Of a stretch of DNA of 64,000 nucleotides, positions 52,915-64,000 are shown piece after piece; position 1 is the stretch's first letter; each line of letters opens with the position of its first letter. Location: positions 88,846,001 through 88,910,000 of the forward strand of contig NC_043002.1 of the NCBI RefSeq assembly GCF_006345805.1, given 5' to 3'. Under the pieces are notes generated by a model, which saw only the letters and a program-made list of their open reading frames with translations, was not told where the DNA came from and ran no database searches. Source of the DNA: Octopus sinensis (lineage: Eukaryota). The position numbers and the translations under genes were made by a program.

Positions 52915-55905
52915 AAAGGATGCCCTTCCTTACACCAACCACTCTGAGAGTGTAATGGTTGCTTTTATGTGCCATTTGCATGACACCAAGGTGCTTTTAC
53001 GTGGCAGTTTGCATGACACCGGTGTCTGCCACAACTACAATTTTGCTTAGCTTGATGGGTCTTCTTTGTATGCACAACATAATACCAAAGGTTTTGGTCA
53101 TTGCCTCTATGAGGCCCAACTCTCAAGAGGAACACAGCCACTTTGCCTCCATGAGGCCCAATGCTAGAAAGGTGTTCTTTACATGCCACCAGCATGGGTG
53201 CACTTGGCTTGACAGGTCCTCTCAAGCACAGCACATCACCAAAGGTCTCTGTCACTAGTCATTGCTTCTACGAGGCTCAAAGTTCGAAGATCATGCTTCA
53301 CCACCTCGTTCCACGTCTCCCTGGGTCTACCTCTACCACAGTTAGAGACTGACCCTTCTTTACACAACTGTCTTCATCCATACCAGTGCAGTCATCTCTC
53401 TTGCACACCACATCTGATGCTTCTTATGCCTAAATTTTCTCTCAAGATGCTTACACTCTGTCGAACATGTACAGACATTGCACATCCAGCGAAGCATACT
53501 AGCTTCATTTCTTTCAAGCTTATACATGTCCTTGACAGCCCATGTTTCATTGCCATGCAGCATAGCTGTTCGCATACAGGCATCAAATAATCTGCCTTTC
53601 ACTCTGAGAGTGAGGCCCTTTGTTGCCAGCAGGGGTAGAACTTTGCCCAGCCTAATCTTATTCTCACAGCTATGCTCTCAGAGCATCCACCTCCACTACT
53701 AACTTGGTCACCTAAATAACAGAAGCTATCTACTACCTCTAACTTGTAACCCTGGCAGTTGATGGAGTCTATTTTCTGCCCATTTTTAGCATTTATTGTA
53801 CCTGTGCAACTTCCACATACAAAAGCTTGTTTCCATGTTAACCTCCATCTGACATTGCTGCACTTTTTATGTGTCCAAAGCTTATCTTATGGAGTTTCTA
53901 CTTATACCTTTTCTACAGATTGAGCAGGGTCATCTACCTGAAGGGATTTGTGATTTGTCTGCCTTCATACTTACCCATTTTTGCTGGGTTAACTCTAAGG
54001 TTCTTAGATCTTGCTTTCATAGCTGGAACTTCTCTAGTTCAGGTTGTGATTCAGCTATAAGAGCAAGATCATCAGAATAGAGGAGCTCCCAGGGGCAGCC
54101 TGTCTTAAATTCCTCTGTTATTGCTTGGAGGACTGATGAACAAGAGTGGGTGAGCACCAATCCTTGGTGAACCCCTACTTGTACCCTGAATTCATTGCTG
54201 TACTCATTACCAACCCTCAGCTTGCTGGTAGCCTCCCTGTACATAGCTTGTACAGCTCTCACCAACCACTCATCTATCCTTAATCTCCACATTAACCACC
54301 AGGTAAGGGATCAGGGGATCCTGTCAAAGATTTTCTCCAATTCAACAAAGGCCAACAACAGAGGTTTATTTTTGGCGATGTATTTCTCCTGCAGCTGCCT
54401 CACCAGAAATATAGCATCAGTGGTGCTTCTCCCTGGCACAAAACCAAACTGCATCTCATCTAAGTAATTATTTGGGCTTGACACTCTCAGTAACTTTCAT
54501 CACCTGATCCAGCAATTTGATAACTCTGTAATTATTTCTATGTAATGCATCACCTTTACCTTTGTAGTAGTTAACTATGGTGCTGCTACACCAGTCATTG
54601 GGTATGACTCCTTTGTGAACCACATAATTTAAAATATGGGTGGCTAGACCATAACTCACACCGCCAGATATTTTAAGCATCTCAGCGGATATTCCTGTTT
54701 TCATATTCTTAATTGCTTTATCTACCACGGAACTGTTAATTCGGGTAGCCAGTCCCTCATTTGGGTCAACATTTGACAGATTTTCCTCCTTCCACTCATT
54801 CTGTACATTCAACAATCTTTCAAAATAGCATCTCCAAGCCTCTTTCTTTGCAGAATCATTACATGCAAGTGCACCATCATCCATATGGACACATTTCCCT
54901 CCTATGACATCACGATGGTCCTCATATCACTGAATATAGGCAAACTTCTTTTCTGCTTCTCCCTTAACTAGATATACTTGTCTCCTAGCATCCCTTCTGG
55001 CAATCTGATACAGTACCCTGCTGTCCCCATTCTTCCAGGCTGTTTCTTAGCTCTAATGGTCCTGTCTACTGCATTGTTCCACCACCACATTACACTATGT
55101 CTCGATGGGACTTAGCACCAGCCACAGATTTCGTCTGTGGTACTCAGCAAGCTGTCCCTTTGAGATTCCCAGTTGCCCTCTATGTCACAAGTCTTTAGCT
55201 CCTCCTTGTCATTGAATTTCTCAATTAGGACCATGTTAAGCTTCCAAATCTTTCTTTTCCAGATTGGTTTACTTCTTGGCATCTTTCTGGCCTGGATTCT
55301 AAAGTCACTAATGATTATTCTATGCTGGGAGCTACATTTCTTCACCAGGGAGGGTCTTTGTACTTAGGAGCAACCATGCATCCTGTTGTTTGGTGAGAAT
55401 GTAATCGATCTGGCTAGCACAGACACCTGATTAGTAGGTTATCAGGTGGGTAGTTGACTTCCTGAAGTTTGTGTCTCAAATCAAAAGGTTATTTGCATCA
55501 CAGAACTCCAGTAGCCTTGTTCCCTCTTCATTTTGGGAGCCAAATCCATGGCCCCCATACCTTACTATGGAAGATATCAGACTGATGTCCGACATGCCCA
55601 TTGAAATCCCCAGCTATGATGAGGAGATCATTGTCACTCGTCTTTGAGGTAGCCTGAAGAAGAATGCCATTATAATGGTCCTTCAATTCACTTGGTAGAC
55701 CCACTTGAGGGGCATAGGCAGAGATAATTGTCACTATACTGTTCTGTAAGACTAACCTAAGCTTAAGCACTCTATCGCCCATTCTAGCTACCTCTATGTC
55801 CTTATCCACCCATTTCTCTTCAAGAAGTAGCCCATGCCACCTGCCCTGTCACTGTTACCTTCCCAGATCTTATACCTATATACCAGATTCCCTGGCATGG
55901 CGTAA
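52915..55905 (-). mobile_element. Older copy of the same RTE family as 3027-6421
   Basis: Fragments IISAYAPQVG/AGDFNGHVG, NYRVIKLL, WELLYSDDL and MLHGNETW, with many frameshifts. Confidence 0.92.
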
Positions 55906-57738
55906 ATCGTTCTAAAGTTAAAAAGGGGTGTCACTCAAGGTGCTGTACAGTGGCACCTGAACCTGAAACAACAGATTAATCTTCCTAACCACACTACCTT
56001 ATTTCTCTCTGCATATCTCAAATTAGTTTGTTTTTTGTTTTTTTTGCATATACCAAAATAATTTTGCTGTTTAAAAATTGTAAACTGCATTGTAAAATAT
56101 TTCACTTGCACCCCTCAAGTAATAAAATACACAAATAATTCAAAATTATTTATTGATTCAAGTATACAGATGTGTCAAGTTGCAAATGGGTTTACTGGAA
56201 TTAACCTTATGTTTGATTATCTCCCTTAGGAGAAATTCATATAAAAACAAAACCATAACAGTAAATGAAAAGAAATACAAACAGTACAACGACAATTAGA
56301 AGGTGTAGCTTTCAGTTTTTTTCATTAATTATAATTTTGTAAAAACCAGTGGGAGGGGATATTTTTGTGTATGTATTTACAGATCAATATATCACTGTTG
56401 GATTGGCAAACAGAACAGTAATTGCACAACTGATATAGAATATAAATGTGATAGAAGTGAAATTAGAAATATTTCAATTAAAAAAAGAATATAGGGCCCC
56501 TAAAAAGGGGCATTTGTTTCTTTCATCTGTACTAAGTAAGAAAAAAGAATTACTGGCTAGTTAAAAATTAACAGACTGATAGTAATTTGAAAAGAAATGT
56601 TTCGTAGGTGCCCACAAATTGGAAACATCAATGTTTATAATAAAGAGAATGATTGAACCATTTGGAAATATTGTTTCTTAATGCGATAGAACCATTCAAT
56701 TGGAAATTAAAACAACACGAAAATATTAAAAATAGTTTACAGTGCAAGTGCATTCTATATTTAACAAAAATTATTTACCATTGAACAGTTAAATGTTTGA
56801 AAGAAATATTACGGAATGTATATTAAAAATAAAGTGATATTACTCAAGCAATTCTAAACTAAAAATTTTTTTTAAATCACTGTCTAGTTAATATCTACTT
56901 ATTAATTAAACCAATTTAAATGGCTTGTTCATTGATCTTATTGAATTCTCTTTGCTTCCCAAGTTTTTATCAATTATTTTTGAAATATCAAAATAGGGTT
57001 TTCGTCATATTTTGAGTGCACCAACATTAAAACTTACTGAAAAATTGAATATAATGGAATTTTAGCCAATACTGGTCATAAAGCTCTTATTGTTTACCTC
57101 ATATAAAAGAGAAATTCTAAAATATACACTTTTCTGTAGCTAAATACATTTATTTATCTATTGTTTTTCTTTTTCTTAATTTCACAGTGCTCAATTTTAC
57201 TATCCAGCTGAGAAAATAATCTATAGATAATATTTGGTTGTAAAACTCCTGGAGTAATTCCAGTTAAGTTTGGCAGATTTCATAAGTTTTCTTGTAAGGA
57301 ATATTATTCCTGATCCAAAAACTACGTTTTCTGGCCAGAAATTTATATAAAAGTGTATTTACAAAATATAACGATAAATATTGAAAATTAAATAAATTTC
57401 ATTTACTGTTTACAACAGAAACACCATTATTAAATATTGAATTATATATACAGGTAATAATGGTCAGCAGAAAGAGGCTATAGATATCTACATCAAGTAA
57501 ACACTAATGGATAACAAAGAGTATATAAATGGAAAATGAAATGACTTTGCAAATGCACTAATAACTGATTGTTTACAATAAATAATTCAAATTTTACTAC
57601 TCGAGAAATTAAAAGAAAAATAAACTTAATACATCCTCAGATAGATTTCCATTTGAAATTCTGCAAAGATTCTTTTATATATATATATATAAAAGTAAAT
57701 AAATGGAGTTGAACGAAGATGTTATTAAAATTCTTTTA

Positions 57739-57821
57739 CTTTCGACATATGTTTCGAAGACAACATTGGTTTTATTCCAAGGGAATAAACTGTGTAAAAT
57801 GCAATCTTCTCATCAGGAAAG
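57739..57821 (-). ncRNA. Type I hammerhead ribozyme, intact core, opposite strand
   Basis: Minus strand CTTTC-CTGATGA-GAAGA...TCTTC-GAAACATATGTC-GAAAG with a 5-bp stem I. Confidence 0.75.
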
Positions 57822-57858
57822 AAAGAGACCCTATCTCAACAACAAGACATTATAACAA

Positions 57859-57940
57859 TTTCCTGATGAGAAGATTGCATTTTACACCATTTATTCCTTT
57901 GGAATAAAACCAATGTTTTCTTCGAAACATATGTCGAAAG
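57859..57940 (+). ncRNA. Type I hammerhead ribozyme, intact core
   Basis: TTTC-CTGATGA(57863-57869)-GAAGA...TCTTC-GAAA-CATATG-TC-GAAA; predicted cleavage after 57935. Confidence 0.75.
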
Positions 57941-58508
57941 TAAAAGAATTTTAATAACATCTTCATTCAACTCCATTTATTTACTTATACTACACAAATT
58001 ACTGCACATTAACCCGGAGTTTCTACCTTTGAATAGGTCGCTTCATCTGTGTTACTTGAGTGAATTTTGCTACCCTGGTAACTGTTTATTGAATTTTCCA
58101 TGTTAACGGTAAACAAAGGATAATTCATTCATCCATTTATATATATATATATATATATCCTTTTACTAGATGCAGTCAGGGAACTGCAGCCACGCTGGAC
58201 CACCTCCAACAAGGATTTTAGTTAGTCATATTAACCCCCATACTTACTTTAGCAGTCTTTTTGATAAACTGTAAAGTTGTTGGACTTAGATACATACATG
58301 CAATATACATATGTATGACAGGCATCTGCATGCTTTCTGCCTACCAAAATTCCACTCATGGAATATTAGTCAACATGGGACACATGTAGAGCACTCTTGC
58401 TCTAGATGTGCTAGGCAGTGACATCAAAACCAGAATCACATGATTGTGAAGAAAACTTCTAACCACACATTCATGTTTGTACCTATGTATGTGTACATAT
58501 GTACAGAT

Positions 58509-58550
<42 letters not shown>

Positions 58551-58790
58551 TGGCTGCAAATTTATTTTAAAGTAATGGTATAGCTTGATTATTCTCTTAA
58601 AGCAGCACAGATGTGATTTTTCAGTCCTGCTAGTGACCTACACTTGCACAGATGTAGCAATGATGGACACCTCTTGCAGCAGGTGAGTTACCATTCACAC
58701 TGACACATGCCTTCATTTCCATCATGGAATTTTTCATTGAGTAATTTGCCTTTTTTTGTTTTTGTTTTTTGGGGTTTTTTTTTTTTTTAC

Positions 58791-58980
58791 TTTGGCCAGC
58801 CATTGTAAGCAACACAAAGATGTTAAAAATCAAGCTTAGAGCAACTGATAACATGTAACTCAGTATCTGCTGCAGGGTCAAGCCAGCAGTGGCTAAACAA
58901 ATAACCCTACTGAGCCTGCTTGGCAGAGTTATCAGTTTAGCCAATAAGCCTACCAAGGTGGGTGGTTTCCACTGGACACC
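58791..58980 (-). CDS. Exon of an unidentified membrane protein (GVQWKPPTLVGLLAKLITLPSRLSRVICLATAGLTLQQILSYMLSVALSLIFNIFVLLTMAGQ)
   Basis: Strong acceptor GTTTTGTTTTGTCCTGCAG, only one frame open throughout, GC content above the flanks, possible donor A|GTAAAA. The ORF could instead read through to 58630. Confidence 0.6.
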
Positions 58981-59259
58981 CTGCAGGACAAAACAAAACA
59001 AACATACATACACATGTAAATAAGAATGAATGCTCAACACCACATTAGTGGATAAAACTTTTTATTTGTTTATTAAGGCTACCAATGGTTTCTTATTTTT
59101 AAAAAATCTCAGTCATGAGACATCCCATTACTTTTCGTGTTTTAATCCAAAATGGAGATGAACACCAATTTTTCTGTGAATGGCTTGAAAAACTGTTGAA
59201 ATTTTTCTTAACATCAAACCAATGGCAGCCTTAATACACAAATAAAGTATATATATATA

Positions 59260-59313
<54 letters not shown>

Positions 59314-60120
59314 ATATATATATATTCAACACATACATATACACACACATTCACTCTCTCTTTCTCTCTCTCTCTCTCAGCATTTTCCAGAAAATGATGA
59401 GAAAAATAAATATTTAAAACATTAAATCAATAAACATTTTTAGGTTTCCAAAGCCAAGACAAGTTCTAGAATATAGAGATCTTTCTTTTTTTTTTTTTAC
59501 ATTTTTCTTATTCAGTAACTGTCACAATATTTCTTTTTTTTTTTTTTTTGATTGACTGATTGTGTTTGACTTTGATTGTTCCAGTTTTGATGTTTAAGGA
59601 ACTTCATGCATACAGGAGATTAAGTTATTTTAATTACCAGTTTTATTCTTTCTTATACACAAAAATTACATAAGAAATATATATTTACAAAAATTCATAA
59701 ATTTCCCATCATCTTCCTTGAATGAGAGAATTTATTCAAAACAAATCACATATCAATAATATTTTAATATGCTAAGCTTACCTCACAACCCTTCACTTCA
59801 GGTTCTACATATGTTTTACTTTATGTGAACCAATAGCAATGTGCAAGGATGTAAGCTTAAAGAACACAGTAACTGCAAGGCATTTCAATGAAACAGAAAA
59901 ACGTGCTATTTTGTCAAAAATTAAATAGAATTAGCATTTTCAATATTTTTGTTTTTCAATTAATTACATAACAATTAATAATCAATGAGTTAAAATGAAA
60001 AGCAGATATTAATATCTTTTCAGATCACCAGCCAATCTTCAAAATAACACACACACACACACATTGTTGACACTTCTGTATATAGCTTTCTCTGCTTCAA
60101 GATCCACCATTCCAAAAAAG

Positions 60121-60196
<76 letters not shown>

Positions 60197-60574
60197 TAGT
60201 GAACTGTTCTTTTGTTGATAGGCCCAGCAAAAACAAAAAAAGTACTCAATATATTTGAGAATTATTATTATTATTATTCATACACAGTTTTGTTGTTAGT
60301 AATAAAAAATTAAAAGTTTCATGTTATGCGTCAAATGTTATACTACTCCCAGTTAACTTAGCCTTAGTAATTGTCAATGTTGTTCCCCAAAACCAGAAAA
60401 CTGGAACTAAAATGAAAAATCAGCTACATTGGAAATAAACTATAATAATAGAATAAATTGTTTATTTCCGTGCTGAGGCAATTGGCTTACCCAAATTACC
60501 TGGAAATAGAGCATTTGCCTTGTGGCATGAGCCTTTTAGCTTTTTGTCACTAACAACATAATGTGTAATTATGC

Positions 60575-60608
<34 letters not shown>

Positions 60609-60655
60609 CCAGTAACGCTGCCGTAATCTCCTTTAGAGAGACTTAGTAATTTTAA

Positions 60656-60706
<51 letters not shown>

Positions 60707-63157
60707 TACACAATTTAGTTCATTCTCTTTCATATATCCAAATTTTTCCAGATTTGAATTTTTTTTTTAACCGTTACCATCAATTTAAATTCTTCAAAAA
60801 TTTCTCTGAAAATAAACATAGCCAAAATGATTCTGACTATATGTAAAGGAATTTCAGTGAAAATAAATAGGAATTCTACAAAAGAGATGAGAAAACAATT
60901 CTTTGTTGAGTTTTAGAAATTAAATTACTGCATTATTTACAACTTTGATCATATTTGATCTTTTTAAACATACCTAGGATTTGATGACTTCTAGGAGGGC
61001 TGCCTCTCAAATTTCAGAAACTAATTAGCTAAGTTTACCTAAAATTAAATTTTTTCACAATCATTATATGAATAACAATAACTACTCACCAAACTTACAA
61101 ATTATAATTCTCCCCACCTACAAGGTATAGAATTGCACCTTTATGAAAATTAAAAGTCAATCTTGCGAAACATATTAATAAGCAAGAAGGAAATGTTTTA
61201 ATTTTTATAGTATTATTTCAAAAAATATCAATCTTAATACAAATATTATTCTTCCATTTCATCTAATATCCTACAAAAAAGTTTTGAAATAGAAGTTTAC
61301 TCAATTTCTCTGTAATATATAGCACTAATTAATAACCTTACATACACACACAAACAATCATATTTGAATGAAACTTTAGAACATTCAGCAAGAATCTTCT
61401 TATTGATGCAGAATGTAAATTAGATACCCAAGATTTAAATGATTCAATAGGAGGATACTTTTACTTAGAAATCCCCAAAAGCTGTTATGAGCAAAATGAG
61501 CTCTGGTTACAAAATTGAGATTGAACAGATAAAAATGTAACTCTAAAATCTATAACATTTAAAATTTTTTCTTTTAGTTCAAATACCATCAGCAAAAAAA
61601 ATGATCATTATTAATAATAATAATAATAATAATAATCAAAAATTAAAATTTTAAAGGAGACAACAGCAATTGTGAAATGCTCATGCTGTAATGCTAACAA
61701 TATTAATTCTACACTGGTTTTATAAAAAGCAACTAAAAATCTTTTTTTTTTCTAAATTAGTCTTCTACAATTAAATTATAACAGCTTCATTTCCTGCCTG
61801 TTAATTACAATCTTACCCCATTTTATTTGTATAATTTACAAGTTGTGTAAGAACAAAACTGCAAGAAATGTCTAATATGTGAAGATGTTCAGGTTTTGAT
61901 TTATCTTCTGAGAAGTAAAAGTATGTTTATAACTTGATTTGCTGCAAATGTGTAACATCAAGTATTGATTTACTGAATATCAATGACTCATACGATGGTT
62001 TAAAGAATAAAGATCACTCTGAAATATGAAATACTACTGAGGTGGCACACACACTCTCAAATAAAAAAAATAATAATAATTGAAGTGAAGTAATCTTTCT
62101 GAAATATTTGTCATTTTATGCAGCAGCTCTTAGTTTCGGGAAAAGATACTGAAGTAAAAAAAAAAAATATATTTAGAGAATACTTTGAAAATAGAATTTT
62201 AAAAATGATGACAATGTGAACATATGGCAAGATTGAAAAGAAAAATTAAAAAATAAATCAACTTTGCTGCTTTATTTAATGTTATTTTATTAACACTTTG
62301 AGGAAATTCATTTCTTCTTCAACATTTAAATTCATATGTGTTCTCAATAATCCACAACATTAGAACTGAGAGATCTATAAGAGCATAAGAGACAGAAGCT
62401 TAGTTACAGAATACATTTTTTCACCTCAAAATGTATGGTACATTGTTTCATATTTGTTGATTTTGTTTTTTTTTGGGGGGGGGGGGGGCAGTGGATTTGT
62501 TTTAAATATAAAGAAGTCATCAGAACATATACAAGAATTTTCTTTTTGGTATAACCTTGGTATGTTTTTGCGGGGAAGAACTACAAAATACAGTCTAATT
62601 TTAAAAAATAAAACCTAACTCTTGCTAGTGACCAAATGCTCCATCTCACCACCCTGATATACCCCCAAATACATTTACACACAAGCATATATGTAATGCA
62701 TGTATTCCTTCTGTTGTCCCAATCTCCATAGAGAGATGCCTTCTTCACTCATCCACTCAGAGAAAAAGAGAGCAAGGTGTGTTAATTTCAAAGAGGTATG
62801 GATGTTATTAAAAGACAAATAAGGAAAGATAACAACTTGAAATGGGTAGTAGGAGTGGGTCACCAATTAGGGAGCTGCAACTACATCTAAGAATAATACT
62901 GCAGGGTGTCAAACTTGTTGCATATATAGCTTGTACACCATATACAAAAAGCCCCTGGAAATAAATTGGCTATACAATCCCCTACCATACACATGCCAAT
63001 TTGGTATGTATATATATTATGTGTATGTGTGTATGTATGCATGTGTGTAAGCATGTGTGTACACCAAAAACTTTATTGCTGTTACCACTGGTGCTACATA
63101 CACTGTTACAGGACTTCATAATCATAACTGTTACAGTGCCACTGGTAAACCACACTA

Positions 63158-63199
63158 TTACAGTGTACTAGCTTGCTTCAATAACTGAACAACAAATTC
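63158..63199 (-). CDS. Putative terminal coding exon (EFVVQLLKQASTL*) of a gene entering from the right
   Basis: Long polypyrimidine tract + TTTCAG acceptor, and AATAAA about 80 nt downstream (63077-63072). The reading frame is not certain. Confidence 0.5.
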   Translation of the reverse strand, partial: EFVVQLLKQASTL

Positions 63200-63926
63200 C
63201 TGAAATGACAGAAAGAAAGAGAGAGAGAAAAATGAGAATAAATTATGATGAAGATGTTGAAAAACATGGAAGAGTTTTCAACACAGAAAATATTTTTGAA
63301 ACAACTACAAAACAAATAATATTACAAAAGTAATAAATAAATAAATCTCAATTTTTCAAATGGATTTCAATTTCTGTTCAAATGAATACAGGAAATGGAA
63401 GAAAATAATTGTAAAAATATAAAATAAAATAAAAATGAAAAATCAACCCTTTTAACTCTTTTACTGCCATTTTCATAGAAACCATCCACACAATGACATT
63501 TTAACTATGTCATCAACATGTCGAAATAAATCAGTGATAAAATGCTCATCACCACCACCACCATCATCTGCACTAAGCAATATTACAATTCCAGAACTTC
63601 AGCAGAACAAAAGCATTTTCTCATATTTAACACACAGCAACGTTGTGATTTTTCAAAGTTAAACAGATGCGTTGATTTCAAAGATAAAAATTAGAATGCA
63701 TGTTTAACCCAATTAACTGCAAAATTAAATTTCATAGCAATAATAAATCTCTGAACGAGGTATAAACAGTAACTGCACGACAATGTGAGGTATACTTGCC
63801 ATCTCTAACTAAATTTCATAGTTATTCCAGTAATGATGTTAAATATCAACCAAAATATAAAATTGGTATTTTCTGCAAGTCATGTTGCCGCAATAAACTT
63901 GATACATCTCCAGGAGGAAGTGAGGG

Positions 63927-63996
63927 GGTACATTAGTGTAATGGTAGCACACTTATCGTGAATATAAAGGTGTGGGTTTGAGTCCCATGTGTACAG
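63927..63996 (+). pseudogene. Degenerate tRNA-like cloverleaf (pseudo-tRNA or SINE head)
   Basis: 6/7-bp acceptor stem, GTGT/GCAC D stem, TTAT/ATAA anticodon stem, GTGGG/CCCAT T stem. Non-canonical G33 and TTTGA loop. Confidence 0.5.
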
Positions 63997-64000
63997 AAAA

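Larger units (their letters stand above)
57693..57986. mobile_element. Palindromic hammerhead-bearing element (probably Penelope-like/retrozyme-related), with a family tail extending to about 58140
   Basis: About 128-bp inverted arms around a roughly 38-bp spacer; adjacent to (TA)n; homologous to 48945-49245. Confidence 0.75.

Noticed and set aside
61360-61521. About 50-codon + strand open frame (NETLETFSKNLLIDAECKLD...)
   Set aside because: No start codon or splice sites and no recognisable homology.
62675-62866. 63-aa minus ORF (VVIFPYLSFNNIH...)
   Set aside because: Weak splice context and no homology; it lies downstream of the putative polyA signal at 63072.

Overview
This is a eukaryotic, AT-rich window dominated by repeats. 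The SINE/RTE repertoire and microsatellite load look like an Octopus genome (inference). One complete host gene can be assembled by eye: a 3-exon, 89-aa cytochrome c oxidase subunit 7A-family gene on + (40607-40621, 44255-44362, 49707-49853), with an NRF-1/ETS-like promoter and a polyA signal. None of its exons appear in the ORF track. At the right end there are two phase-0 exons of an unidentified minus-strand gene or genes. The rest is mobile DNA: three RTE LINE copies (one with three C-terminal C2H2 fingers), an apparently full-length decayed Tx1/L1 element flanked by (GATA)n arrays with a nested internally deleted Gypsy element (tRNA-Trp PBS), hAT- and piggyBac-type MITEs, and several tRNA-derived SINE families. 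The most unusual items are a palindromic element with a hammerhead ribozyme core on each strand (57693-57986), a related hammerhead one substitution from consensus in COX7A intron 2, possible (GATA)n targeting by the Tx1, and a Tx1 3' tail shared with a SINE family. All alignments and counts were made by eye; no database search was run. I cannot claim a proven new biological system.
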